Shown here: in pieces, positions 30,129 to 40,434 of the stretch | Numbering within the stretch: the first letter of the stretch is position 1 | How the letters are laid out: every line of letters begins with the position of its first letter | DNA from: a bacterium | GTDB lineage: Bacteria; UBA10199; 2-02-FULL-50-16; JAJFLM01 | Direction: 5' to 3' | DNA length: 64,000 bases | Assembly (NCBI GenBank): GCA_965216315.1 | Contig: CBDCFN010000016.1 | Coordinates: forward strand, 1,920,001 to 1,984,000 | The notes under the pieces: model-generated | What the model was told of the DNA's origin: nothing | Database searches by the model: none | What the model saw: only the letters and a program-made list of their open reading frames with translations | Program-made: the position numbers and the translations under genes

Positions 30129-31073
30129 ATGCTATCTGATGAAATAAAAGAAAAACTCAAAACGGCAGCCAGTAAGATTTTTTTCGACGAACCTATGTCT
30201 CAACATACGACGATTCGGGTCGGAGGTCCGGCAGACGCGCTCATCTACCCGGCTAACATAGAGGAACTCCAAAACCTCTTGAGCATAGTCATCGAGCACA
30301 AACTCCCCATCTTCCATCTTGGCTGGGGCAGCAATCTCGTGGTTCAGGACGGCGGCATTCGCGGTCTGGTCATCAGTTTGGAACGGGGCTTTCAGAAGCT
30401 TGAGATACCCGAACAGACTGAGGCCGATGACATCACGCTACTGGTTGAGGCCGGCGTCAAAATACCCGCCCTGCTCGACTTTTGTGCGGAAAAAAGCCTT
30501 ACGGGACTTGAGTTTATGGCAGGTATCCCCGCTACCGTCGGCGGGGCCCTCTGGATGAATGCCGGGACCAGCCAAGGGGAAATTGGCGACCGTGTGTCCA
30601 GCGTCACGATCATAACCAAACAGGGCCGACTCAAGACACTCGAACAAAAGGCCTGTGGTTTTGCTTATCGAACCAACAATTTCCCTTCCGGTGCAACCAT
30701 CGTTGAGACACGTCTTCAACTGAAACGCGGTCAATCAGAAAAGATTCGCGAAACAATCAATTCACACCGAAAGTATCGCGTTGATTCGCAACCGTTGAAT
30801 CTACCCAATGTCGGAAGCGTTTTTAAAAATCCCAGCAAGAAACAATATGCAGGTCAACTGATTGAAGAAGCTGGGCTCAAAGATGTTCGTGTCGGTCATG
30901 CCCGTGTATCCGAAAAACATGGCAACTTTATTGTCAACGAAGGCAATGCCACGGCGAAAGACATCATCGCATTGATCGGATTGATAAAAGATAAAGTTAA
31001 AGAAAAATGTAATGTTAGACTTGAAACTGAAGTGCATATTGTAGGAGAAAAGAGTTGTGAAAGTTTATCGTAA
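30129..31073 (+). CDS. murB: MurB
   Basis: RVGGPAD, GIPATVGGALWMNAG, GSVFKNP, KHGNFIVN. Confidence 0.96.
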   Translation: MLSDEIKEKLKTAASKIFFDEPMSQHTTIRVGGPADALIYPANIEELQNLLSIVIEHKLPIFHLGWGSNLVVQDGGIRGLVISLERGFQKLEIPEQTEADDITLLVEAGVKIPALLDFCAEKSLTGLEFMAGIPATVGGALWMNAGTSQGEIGDRVSSVTIITKQGRLKTLEQKACGFAYRTNNFPSGATIVETRLQLKRGQSEKIRETINSHRKYRVDSQPLNLPNVGSVFKNPSKKQYAGQLIEEAGLKDVRVGHARVSEKHGNFIVNEGNATAKDIIALIGLIKDKVKEKCNVRLETEVHIVGEKSCESLS

Positions 31074-31080
31074 CGACAAC

Positions 31081-31102
31081 TTATCCACAGTTTTGTGGAT
31101 AA
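31081..31102. promoter_or_regulatory. Inverted pair of perfect DnaA boxes
   Basis: TTATCCACA (31081-31089) and TGTGGATAA (31094-31102). Confidence 0.75.
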
Positions 31103-31139
31103 GTTTTGGCAACACATTCAAAGTGATTAAAGAGTAAGC

Positions 31140-32069
31140 ATGTTGAAGTCATATAAAAGTTCAAGGATCGCTGTACTGATGGGCGGCAAGTCCAGGGAAA
31201 GAGAAATTTCCTTCAAGAGTGGTGCCGCCATACTCGCCTCCTTGGAACGGCAAGGTTATTCAGCCTTCTCAATCGATGCGAGTGACGACCTTGCAGCTGA
31301 ATTACTCGAAACGAAACCCGATGCAGCCATCATTGCGCTGCATGGACGTTACGGTGAGGACGGAACGGTCCAGGGAATGCTCGAAATGATGGGAATTCCT
31401 TACAGTGGATCCGGTGTCCTGGCCTCCTCTATTTGTATGGATAAGGCGCTCACCAAGCAATTACTCACAGCGGAAGGAATTGAGGTCGCCCCGTCGTGCG
31501 AAGTCGGGGCTGTGGATAACTTAAAGGCTCAGTTCGCAGCTCACCCAGTCCCCTTCCCGCTGGTCGTCAAACCAAACCGTGAAGGCTCAACGATAGGCAT
31601 CTCCATCGTCACGACAGAAGATGCCTTGCAAGCAGCGGTTGCCAAGGCCCTCGAATTCGACAGCACGGTTCTGCTGGAACAATTCATCAAGGGAGTGGAG
31701 GTCACCGTTGGTCTCATCAATGGCAAGGTGCTCCCCGCCCTTGAGATTGTCCCGGAAAGCGGCTTTTACGATTACGATGCCAAATACACCAAAGGCAAAA
31801 CAGAGTACATCGTGCCGGCCCGGATCTCTGAACGAGTCGCAGAGCTCATCGCCCAACAAAGCCAGCTAATTTTCAGACGGCTCGACCTCTCTGGTGTGGC
31901 ACGTGCTGACTTTATTATCGACGAAAATGATCGCGCCGTTTTTTTAGAAGTAAACACGATACCGGGAATGACAGAGACATCACTCATTCCGAAGGCCGCC
32001 GAGCATATTGGAATGAATTTTGATTTGGTTGTCGAGGAAATGCTCGCAAGTGTGAGTTTGAAAGCATGA
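31140..32069 (+). CDS. ddl: D-alanine--D-alanine ligase
   Basis: GGKSREREIS, LHGRYGEDG, YDYDAKY, EVNTIPGMT. Confidence 0.96.
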   Translation: MLKSYKSSRIAVLMGGKSREREISFKSGAAILASLERQGYSAFSIDASDDLAAELLETKPDAAIIALHGRYGEDGTVQGMLEMMGIPYSGSGVLASSICMDKALTKQLLTAEGIEVAPSCEVGAVDNLKAQFAAHPVPFPLVVKPNREGSTIGISIVTTEDALQAAVAKALEFDSTVLLEQFIKGVEVTVGLINGKVLPALEIVPESGFYDYDAKYTKGKTEYIVPARISERVAELIAQQSQLIFRRLDLSGVARADFIIDENDRAVFLEVNTIPGMTETSLIPKAAEHIGMNFDLVVEEMLASVSLKA

Positions 32070-32899
32070 AAAAACTATCGCAAACGAAAACTGTTAAGCG
32101 TCGCAGGGCAAAACCGACTCCACGTCGCCGAGTCCGTCGGCTTAAACTACCCAAGCTTAATTGGTCGGGGTTGTCTTGGTCTAAGCTTCAATGGAAGCCT
32201 TTCGCAGGAGCCTTTTTAGCTATCTTCTTTGTCGCGTGGTGGGTCCGTTATGATCCTGCCTCTTGGTTTCGTCTTAACAAAATTCATGTGGCTGGTCCGA
32301 CGCAACACCTAACGGTTGAAGAAATTGAAGAATTGGCGGCACCAACCTTTGGGCTCCCCTTAATGGGCATTGATCTCAATCCCATACAAAATCGAATCGA
32401 AGCCCATCCTTGGGTGCGAACGGCCAACTTAAGGCGACTACTTCCAGGTACCTTATATATACTTGTCGAAGAACATGTGCCGGCTGCTCATTTATTACTA
32501 CCGAAACCCTATCTCGTCAGTGACGAAGGTATCACTATAAAAAAAGTCGAGCCTCAAGATCCGACGGACCTACCCAGGATCTTAGGCCTCGAACAGATAA
32601 CAGATAATCATTTAATGCATCGACGCATTCTCGAAAGCTTGGCCGTTGCTCACAAACTGAAGACAACCGGGGCCTTAGAACCCTTCGGCTTGTCTGAAAT
32701 CAAGTGGGTAAACGGTCGGCGCTTAACCCTGATTACGGGGACGCGTCCATTCAACATCGAACTCGGGGGAGCTCCGTGGAGCGACAAGATAGATCGTCTT
32801 ATCCACGTACTTCCCCATGTTGAACGCGATGGCAGATTTCCAGTCCGAGTCGCATTGGACCAAAGCGACGGTGTGGTTGTGAGATATATCAATAATTAA
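32066..32899 (+). CDS. ftsQ: FtsQ/DivIB
   Basis: TM plus POTRA (HPWVRTANLRRLLPGTLYILVEE); position. Confidence 0.88.
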   Translation: MKKLSQTKTVKRRRAKPTPRRRVRRLKLPKLNWSGLSWSKLQWKPFAGAFLAIFFVAWWVRYDPASWFRLNKIHVAGPTQHLTVEEIEELAAPTFGLPLMGIDLNPIQNRIEAHPWVRTANLRRLLPGTLYILVEEHVPAAHLLLPKPYLVSDEGITIKKVEPQDPTDLPRILGLEQITDNHLMHRRILESLAVAHKLKTTGALEPFGLSEIKWVNGRRLTLITGTRPFNIELGGAPWSDKIDRLIHVLPHVERDGRFPVRVALDQSDGVVVRYINN

Positions 32900-32909
32900 G
32901 GAGGACGAC

Positions 32910-34136
32910 ATGGCTAAACGGGATGACAAAATAATCGGTCTTGATATTGGGACCACAAAAATTTGCGCGATTGTCGGGCAAGTGACGGACGATGGGGTTG
33001 ATATCATCGGTATCGGTTCCCACCCGTCACGCGGCCTGCGCAAAGGAGTCGTAATCAACATCGAATCAACGGTTGAATCGATCAAAAAAGCCGTTGAAGA
33101 AGCCGAGCTAATGGCAGGATGTGAGATACACTCTGTCTACGCCGGTATCTCCGGCGGCCATATTCGTGGTATCAACAGCCACGGTATCGTCGCCATTAAA
33201 AATCGCGAAGTCACTGCCGCAGACGTCGAACGGGTCATTGACGCCGCCCAAGCTGTTGCCATTCCTCTTGATCGTGAGGTTATTCATGTCATCCCGCAAG
33301 AATACCGAATCGATGATCAAGACAGCATTCGTGACCCTATCGGTATGAGTGGGGTCCGCCTCGAAGCCAAAGTCCATATTGTCAGTGCCGCAGTCACTTC
33401 CGCCCAAAACATCATCAAGTGTTGCAATCGTGCCGGTCTCAATGTCAGCGATATCGGTTTGGAGCAACTGGCCAGCGCCGAGTCCACGCTGAGCCAAGAA
33501 GAAAAAGATCTCGGAGTCGCCATCATTGATATCGGTGGTGGCACGACCGACCTTGCCATCTTCGTCAATGGGAGTCTCGTCCATACCTCCGTCCTGTCCG
33601 TCGGCGGCAACCATGTCACTAATGACATTGCTGTCGGTCTCCGCACTCCTGCAGCTGAAGCTGAGAAGATCAAGCTTAAGTATGGTTGTGCCCTCTCCTC
33701 TTTAACTCAAAAAGAGGAAACCATTGAAGTCCCGAGTGTCGGCGGACGTGCCGACCGCATCATGTCTCGCCAGATCCTGGCAGAAATCATCGAGCCGCGG
33801 ATGGAAGAAATGTTCGCCCTGACACGTCAGGAGATCATTAACTCCGGCTACGCCGACGTCATTTCTTCCGGGCTCGTCATTACCGGCGGCAGCAGTCTCT
33901 TGGAAGGCGCGTGCGAACTGGCAGAACAAGTCTTCAACCTGCCCGTCCGAACCGGCCAGCCCGAGGATATCGGCGGACTTGTCGAAGTCGTCCGCAGCCC
34001 GATCTACTCGACAGGAGTTGGGCTTGTCATTCAAGGCCAGCACGATCAAGGCGATAGTCGTTTCACCGTACGTGACAATTCCGTCTACGACAAAGTCAAA
34101 GGTCGCATGAAGGGGTGGTTAGCAGAAATATTCTAA
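32910..34136 (+). CDS. ftsA: FtsA
   Basis: GLDIGTTKI, IDIGGGTTD, C-terminal amphipathic helix. Confidence 0.97.
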   Translation: MAKRDDKIIGLDIGTTKICAIVGQVTDDGVDIIGIGSHPSRGLRKGVVINIESTVESIKKAVEEAELMAGCEIHSVYAGISGGHIRGINSHGIVAIKNREVTAADVERVIDAAQAVAIPLDREVIHVIPQEYRIDDQDSIRDPIGMSGVRLEAKVHIVSAAVTSAQNIIKCCNRAGLNVSDIGLEQLASAESTLSQEEKDLGVAIIDIGGGTTDLAIFVNGSLVHTSVLSVGGNHVTNDIAVGLRTPAAEAEKIKLKYGCALSSLTQKEETIEVPSVGGRADRIMSRQILAEIIEPRMEEMFALTRQEIINSGYADVISSGLVITGGSSLLEGACELAEQVFNLPVRTGQPEDIGGLVEVVRSPIYSTGVGLVIQGQHDQGDSRFTVRDNSVYDKVKGRMKGWLAEIF

Positions 34137-34176
34137 GCATCGCTAAATAACTCTAACTTCTTTTAAGGAGGAGTGA

Positions 34177-35415
34177 ATGTTTAAATTAATCGAAGAGAAT
34201 GTTATCCAAGGAGCTAAGATTAAAGTCATCGGTGTTGGGGGCGGAGGGGGGAACGCCCTCAATACGATGATCCAGTCCGACCTACAAGGGGTCGAATTCA
34301 TCGCCGCCAACACCGACATGCAGGCCATCGAATCGAATTTGGCAACAATCAAATTACAGCTCGGCAAAGCCCTCACCTCAGGACTGGGCGCAGGAGCCAA
34401 CCCAGATGTCGGACGATCCTCGGCGCTAGAAAGCGAATCAGAAATCACTGAGTTGCTTCGCGGTGCCGATATGGTCTTCATTACAGCCGGCATGGGGGGC
34501 GGAACCGGCACTGGAGCCGCACCGGTCATTGCTCGGATTGCTAAGGAAGTCGGAGCCCTTACCGTCGGAGTCGTTACTAAACCCTTCGGCTTTGAAGGTA
34601 AAAGGCGGGGCCGCCTCGCCGATGAAGGACTCCAAGTCCTGCAAGAAAATGTTGATACCTTAATAACGATCCCCAATGAACGCCTCCTCCAGATTGCGGG
34701 ACAAGACATGTCGATGATCGATTCCTTCAAACGAGTCGATGAGGTCTTGTTGCACGCCGTCCGCGGTATTGCGGACCTCATCACCGTCAACGGTCTCATC
34801 AATCTCGACTTTGCGGATATCCGCACGGTTATGGGTGAAACCGGAATGGCCCTGATGGGCACCGGTGTCGCCGCAGGCGAAAGTCGCGCGGTGGAAGCCG
34901 CCACGCGGGCCATCAGTTCTCCACTCTTGGAAAACGTTTCCATGGCTGGGGCTACCGGCATACTCATCAACATCTGCGGTAGCACCAACATGACACTCTA
35001 TGAAGTCAACGAAGCCGCTCAATTGATCCAGGAAGAAGCGGAAGAAAATGCCAACATCCTCTTTGGCGCCGTTCTCGATGAAAGCTTGGAAGATCAACTC
35101 CGAGTCACCGTTATCGCGACTGGTTTCAAACAACGGATGCAGTACAGCCATGCACGTTCTAACGTCCGCCCGCTTCGAGGCTGGGAACGTAAGAGCATTG
35201 TGGACACTCCGGAAATTGTGAGACCTGCGATCTCCGCAGAAGGAGAAACGGAAACACAATTACAAACTGTCAGTAGCAGTGAAAGTGAAGGACAAGCGGG
35301 CACACAGCTAGATATGCAGCGCTTGGTTCAAGAGATTGGTTTCTCAGGTGGGACGCAAGAGGTCGAACCCGATCAGTATGACATTCCCACTTTTCTGAGA
35401 AAGCATGCCGATTAG
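34177..35415 (+). CDS. ftsZ: FtsZ
   Basis: GGGTGTG, NLDFAD, C-terminal DIPTFLRK. Confidence 0.98.
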   Translation: MFKLIEENVIQGAKIKVIGVGGGGGNALNTMIQSDLQGVEFIAANTDMQAIESNLATIKLQLGKALTSGLGAGANPDVGRSSALESESEITELLRGADMVFITAGMGGGTGTGAAPVIARIAKEVGALTVGVVTKPFGFEGKRRGRLADEGLQVLQENVDTLITIPNERLLQIAGQDMSMIDSFKRVDEVLLHAVRGIADLITVNGLINLDFADIRTVMGETGMALMGTGVAAGESRAVEAATRAISSPLLENVSMAGATGILINICGSTNMTLYEVNEAAQLIQEEAEENANILFGAVLDESLEDQLRVTVIATGFKQRMQYSHARSNVRPLRGWERKSIVDTPEIVRPAISAEGETETQLQTVSSSESEGQAGTQLDMQRLVQEIGFSGGTQEVEPDQYDIPTFLRKHAD

Positions 35416-35471
35416 ACGCTTCATCAGGCCCCTTAAGGGGGGTTCATTAATTGTACCCTTGGAGGTATGTT

Positions 35472-37451
35472 ATGCGAAAATTACTCTGTCTAATCATTGT
35501 TGCCATTCTACCGTTCATAGTCAATTGCGCCGGCAGCGGATGGGGACCGAACTCTCCTAAAAATCCCAATCTGTACAAAGGTTCATTTAGCCGATCAGAC
35601 TTTAATGTACCGGTGGTGCTCAATGAGCATACTGCAAAATGGCTGGACTTCTATCAGAAGCGCGGTCGCAAACACTTTGCCCGGCACCTGAATCGATCTT
35701 ATCGATACATTCCCCAGATGAAGAAAATACTCAAAGAGCATGGCCTCCCAACAGACCTCGTTTATATCGCGTTGATTGAGAGTGGCTTTAACGCCAAGGC
35801 ACATTCCCACGCGAATGCGGTCGGTTTCTGGCAATTCATTTCGGCAACAGGACGTCGTTACGATCTCAAGATAAACCGTCATGTTGATGAACGACGCGAC
35901 TTTGTCAAAGCCACCCACGCAGCGGCACGCTACCTCAAAGATCTCCATAATATGTTCGGTCATTGGTACCTTGCGGCTTCCGGCTACAATGCCGGCGAAG
36001 GCACCATTATGCGAGCTATCAAAAAAACCGGTTCTAAAGATTTTTGGACACTCGCTGACAGCAAATATCTTCGCAGTGAGACCAAGAACTATATTCCCAA
36101 ATACCTCGCGGCAATGATTATCGCGAAAAATCCGGAGCGTTTTGGCTATGATAATCTGGAGCCGCAGGCTCCACTTGAGTATGAAACTATTCAAGTTCGT
36201 GGCAATCCCGTCGATTTACGCGTCGCCGCTAAGTTATTAAAGCGGGATAAAGCGGAACTGGAGACATTGAATCCAGAACTCAAGCTCGGCATGACCCCGC
36301 CCAATCGCAAATCGTACGCCCTGCGCGTCCCAAGCGGTCAGGGCGGACGCATGCGCAGCAAACTCGCCTCGATGCCCAAACATTTGCGTATGGCGCAACG
36401 TGAGCACCATGTTGTCGCCGGCGAAACGCTGGAATCCCTGGCCAAGCAAAACAATATGTCCCTCAAATACTTTGCGATGGCCAACGGCATGAGCGCAAAA
36501 AGCTCTCTCAAGCCGGGGCAAAGAATAGGCATCCCTTTTAAACCACCTCGCGACATGTGGCGTTATAAAGGTAGCGGCAAAAGTGGGGTTTATTATCATC
36601 GTGTTCGTGCCGGCGATTCTCTCTGGAAGATTGCACAGCGTTACAAAGTTCCCATGCGCAAACTTCGTAAGTGGAACAAGGGGAAAATCGGCAAACATTT
36701 AAAGCCCGGACAAAAAATTGCACTGCGCGGCAGTAAAAATAAATATCAAAAGAAAGCGAGCCAGTCTAAAACGGTCGTCGCCAGCAAGAGCAAGCGTTCC
36801 GGCAAAACGGTCAAGTACCGGGTCAAATCAGGAGATAGTCTTTGGACCATTGCCAGTGCTCACGGCGTCAGTATCAGCGAGCTCAAGTCCTGGAATCAAG
36901 GCACGCTTAAAAAACATCTAAAGCCCGGTCAAAGACTGGTCATTAAAGGAGCCGGCAACACAAAGGTAAAATCGAGTCAAAGTGTCATCGTTGCGAGTAA
37001 TGCGAACACAAGCAAAACGAAAAAAAGCACTGGCAATTATAAAGTACAATCGGGCGATAGCCTCTGGACCATTGCCCAAAAGAACAAAGTCAGTGTCTCC
37101 CAGCTGAAAAAATGGAATGAAGGCAATATTGGTCGTCACCTCAAACCCGGTCAGCGCATCAAAATTGTCAAGAGCGGGTCGGCTTCACAGTCTAAACCGC
37201 GCACGAACGCAGCGAAACCAACAACGGTTGCTAAGGCCGAGTCCACTCCGGCGATTTCAACTGCCACCAAACAGAAGACGATTATGCATAAAATCTCTTC
37301 CGGCGATACGTTATGGGATATCGCGCGCAAGTACGGTGTCAGTACGCGTGACATCAAAAAATGGAACGGGATTGACCAAGTCAAGCGCCTACGTCCGGGT
37401 AATAGGTTGAAAATCTACGTGAAACGGGCGGCGACGCCGTCGAAGGCCTAG
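35472..37451 (+). CDS. mltD: MltD-like lytic transglycosylase with multiple LysM domains
   Basis: LIESGF, AVGFWQFI, YNAGEG, ETKNY; repeated VxSGDSLWxIA LysM units. Confidence 0.88.
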   Translation: MRKLLCLIIVAILPFIVNCAGSGWGPNSPKNPNLYKGSFSRSDFNVPVVLNEHTAKWLDFYQKRGRKHFARHLNRSYRYIPQMKKILKEHGLPTDLVYIALIESGFNAKAHSHANAVGFWQFISATGRRYDLKINRHVDERRDFVKATHAAARYLKDLHNMFGHWYLAASGYNAGEGTIMRAIKKTGSKDFWTLADSKYLRSETKNYIPKYLAAMIIAKNPERFGYDNLEPQAPLEYETIQVRGNPVDLRVAAKLLKRDKAELETLNPELKLGMTPPNRKSYALRVPSGQGGRMRSKLASMPKHLRMAQREHHVVAGETLESLAKQNNMSLKYFAMANGMSAKSSLKPGQRIGIPFKPPRDMWRYKGSGKSGVYYHRVRAGDSLWKIAQRYKVPMRKLRKWNKGKIGKHLKPGQKIALRGSKNKYQKKASQSKTVVASKSKRSGKTVKYRVKSGDSLWTIASAHGVSISELKSWNQGTLKKHLKPGQRLVIKGAGNTKVKSSQSVIVASNANTSKTKKSTGNYKVQSGDSLWTIAQKNKVSVSQLKKWNEGNIGRHLKPGQRIKIVKSGSASQSKPRTNAAKPTTVAKAESTPAISTATKQKTIMHKISSGDTLWDIARKYGVSTRDIKKWNGIDQVKRLRPGNRLKIYVKRAATPSKA

Positions 37452-40084
37452 ATAAGGCGCGAAAAGAATTCGGCGACTCTGAAGGCCGTCAACTGTAGGG
37501 TCGTGGAGGCCCCGCGTCCCAGCAAACCGGACCACCAAGACCGCTTTTCATCGGTTTCACCCAGGCCAAAAGCCCGCGCGCCTTCTCGGCTCGCGGTTGC
37601 CAAGCCTTCAGTCGCCATACTGATGGCAAGGGCACTGACCAAAAAGGTTCCGAATTCCGGTGAACCTACGGCATAAAAGGCGCCGCCTAAGAGACCTGTT
37701 GTTGCCACGGGAATTCCCACCTTGGCCATCGCTCTCAGGGCGGACGTCCCTGAAGAGGCATTCTCCGTCGCCACTATATCGCTATCTCCCTCGGCAGATT
37801 GATCGGTCCCGCTTTCATCTTGCGTTTGACTTGCGGCTGTTGCCGGTAACGCTTTCTTCTGTTGAGAATTTGAAGCAACGAGACCTCCAATATCTAAGCC
37901 CCAGCGCAACCCTTGAAAAGCGAACAAGGCCGTACCCAATAAAAGACCCACCATCGGATACGTTGCGATCTCCGGCGCTTCCATGCCCGCATAGTGAGCT
38001 CCAATCATTAACGGCAAGACACGCTGGACCCACACGCGCCGCATGAACGGGGAAGACCCATCACGAACCAAACCGGCCGACAAAAACATCGAAGCAATGG
38101 CTGCTGAGGTCCCCATCGCAATCGATCCCGAATTACCGATAAGCTCAAGGACATTCAGAGGCTTGTCCGCGAGTGCGGTGACGACGGCATCAGCGGCCAC
38201 CGCCCCTCCATAATAGGACAAACCTGTTGGAACGCCATGGCCGGCTATCGCTCGTCCCCAGTCGGACAGATAAGGAGCCCAACCTTCTCGATAGGTATCG
38301 GTGACAACGGTTTCGCGATCCCCCTGCCGTGACATCCGTATCGTAACAGTCCCTTTGGCGCCCCCTAATAGAAAACCGATAACACCACTGCGCTCACTGA
38401 CATTAACCCCGTTGTACGTCGTAAGGACCTTATTCTCAAAATCCCGCTTCGAACAATTCGTCGTATAAACAATACCCGGCTCTTCGCCGCGAACCGCTAA
38501 TTTGACAAGCGGGTGGTCGGAGGGAGAGTCCGTATACACCCCGGCAATTCGGTATTCAACACCGAGCTCCTTTAAAGGCTCGAAAAGTCTTTCTTCTAAT
38601 AAGTCTATTTTTGATTCATCATGGTTCCAATGAAACTCTCCGGTCAGTTCTTTGTTACCTTCTTCCGTTTCACGGACTCCAAACCAGGTCCCCTGAACAT
38701 TTTCTGCCGGCACCCCATATTTTGCCAGTACCCCGGCAACAAGTTTTTCGGGAGAGGCGGATGAAATAATTACCAGGCGACCCGCGGCGATATGCTTGCG
38801 AAGCTCCTCCATCACAAAGGCACTATGCCCCATGTCGCCATAATACTTGATGAAGCGCTCAAAGCTGTCTTCGAATTTGTAGGGATCTCCTATCTCCAGC
38901 GCCTTGGCAATAATACGCTGCGTTGAATCCTTGTCGGCTTCCCCCTTTACTTTTTCTATTACGCCATTAATCAATCCCGGGATAACGACAGCGAGAGTCT
39001 TAATCAGAGAAACCCCCACGGAATGACGTGGATGAGGCACCACATCGAGGAGCAACCATTCCGCCCACAATTGGCCGTGCCTCACGACCAGGCCGCGACG
39101 TCGTCGCAAGGTACCGTCGTAATCAAATATAACCATTTCAACCGGCTCGTCCCGATAAGCCTCCGGATTGGAGCGTATCTTGGACAGGGTCAGGGCTTCG
39201 ATAGATCCTTCACGATGAGCGGCTCCCGCTGTTAAACGTCTCGCTTCACTCGCGGCCCGTGCGATCGCGTTTTTCGAATGCTTCTCCGATGCGGTAATCT
39301 GGCGGATCTTTAGAATCGTCGGCGCCTCGCGTGCCAATAAATCAAGTTGGGTTGGATTCAGGGTCGTTACCTGCTCCACCGCACCCACCGCCTTGCTCTC
39401 ACTGTGGACACCCAAAAGCTCTTGCGGCGTTTCTTCTAATAAAGCTTGATGTTCCTCCGTGAAACGGGCGTCCCCGCGCAGACTTCGCAATGCTTCAGCC
39501 ACGGGTGATGGAAAATCATCGAGAACTTCATCGGAGAGAACTATTTTGAGTGCATTTCGAAGGTGCCGTAGTTCCTTAACATCGAGGTCCAAACCGGCCT
39601 TTTCGAAGGCTGCAAGCACTCTTGCCTCGTCGGATAGCGCCTCGCTGCCTGATCCGGCCGCCATTCTTGCTTCGGCTGATTCCCTAAGCTGCGCCGTCAC
39701 CTCTTCGAGACGTTCCACCCCTTTTAGAACTGATTGGGGAGAGGTAGTGGACCCCGAAGAAGCCGGAACAAATTCCTTCAGAACTTCGATACGCTTGTCT
39801 TCGTTGAGCTCTTGAAGGAGCTGCGGTGAAGGGAGGCTATCAACTGAGCCTGTAAAGACGCGCGCAGCAGATTCCGCAGCGGACGACAATTCAAGACGGG
39901 TCAGGCTGGGCTCGTCTTCTACGATCGGACTCATGATCGTGCGCAAGGATCCTATCGCCTGCTGCGGCGGGATATCCAAACCTAGATTTGAAAGAATATT
40001 CACCGACTGCATTTGTAAGGCATTCGTGCTCGCAAGCGCCGGTGCCAATGAAGTGTTTAATGCGGCTGTACCAAAAAAAGTCAT
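37448..40084 (-). CDS. Large HAD-superfamily (IB-like) phosphatase with long N-terminal helical region and C-terminal TM segments
   Basis: IFDYDGTL, IISSAS, K, YTDSPSDHPL; start chosen from GGGAGA RBS. Confidence 0.65.
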   Translation of the reverse strand: MTFFGTAALNTSLAPALASTNALQMQSVNILSNLGLDIPPQQAIGSLRTIMSPIVEDEPSLTRLELSSAAESAARVFTGSVDSLPSPQLLQELNEDKRIEVLKEFVPASSGSTTSPQSVLKGVERLEEVTAQLRESAEARMAAGSGSEALSDEARVLAAFEKAGLDLDVKELRHLRNALKIVLSDEVLDDFPSPVAEALRSLRGDARFTEEHQALLEETPQELLGVHSESKAVGAVEQVTTLNPTQLDLLAREAPTILKIRQITASEKHSKNAIARAASEARRLTAGAAHREGSIEALTLSKIRSNPEAYRDEPVEMVIFDYDGTLRRRRGLVVRHGQLWAEWLLLDVVPHPRHSVGVSLIKTLAVVIPGLINGVIEKVKGEADKDSTQRIIAKALEIGDPYKFEDSFERFIKYYGDMGHSAFVMEELRKHIAAGRLVIISSASPEKLVAGVLAKYGVPAENVQGTWFGVRETEEGNKELTGEFHWNHDESKIDLLEERLFEPLKELGVEYRIAGVYTDSPSDHPLVKLAVRGEEPGIVYTTNCSKRDFENKVLTTYNGVNVSERSGVIGFLLGGAKGTVTIRMSRQGDRETVVTDTYREGWAPYLSDWGRAIAGHGVPTGLSYYGGAVAADAVVTALADKPLNVLELIGNSGSIAMGTSAAIASMFLSAGLVRDGSSPFMRRVWVQRVLPLMIGAHYAGMEAPEIATYPMVGLLLGTALFAFQGLRWGLDIGGLVASNSQQKKALPATAASQTQDESGTDQSAEGDSDIVATENASSGTSALRAMAKVGIPVATTGLLGGAFYAVGSPEFGTFLVSALAISMATEGLATASREGARAFGLGETDEKRSWWSGLLGRGASTTLQLTAFRVAEFFSRLI

Positions 40085-40434
40085 ATGTCTCCCATCAGCA
40101 AAAAAGGCGGTCACATCAGCGCCGCCTCTTATCCGCCTTATCGCGGGGCCCACAGGAATGTTGCGTCTATTTACCGAAGATAAGCCTATGATATGAAAAG
40201 GGTTTCAAAAATTTTCAAGCGAGAGAGACGTCCTCTTCGAGGAAGATGACGCACGTCCTCAAATGTACTCTCGGGAGTTTATCTCAATCTATGTTAGCCG
40301 GGACGAGTTTTAAATAAACTTGGCAATCCGGATTTTGTTTTCGAAAAAACCTGTATACAAATGAATACATTAATGTGATTTTGCCTGTTTTTGTTAGCCT
40401 TTCTTAGCAACATCTCTCTGAAGAATGCGATGCC

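Noticed and set aside
31074..31139. Possible replication origin
   Set aside because: Only two DnaA boxes in a 66-bp gap, no evident unwinding element or dnaA/dnaN context
34143..34991. 282-aa antisense ORF and similar shadow ORFs over dcw and mrp genes
   Set aside because: Antisense shadows of well-conserved genes
36590..37420. Recurring about 200-bp similar segments
   Set aside because: LysM domain repeats within mltD
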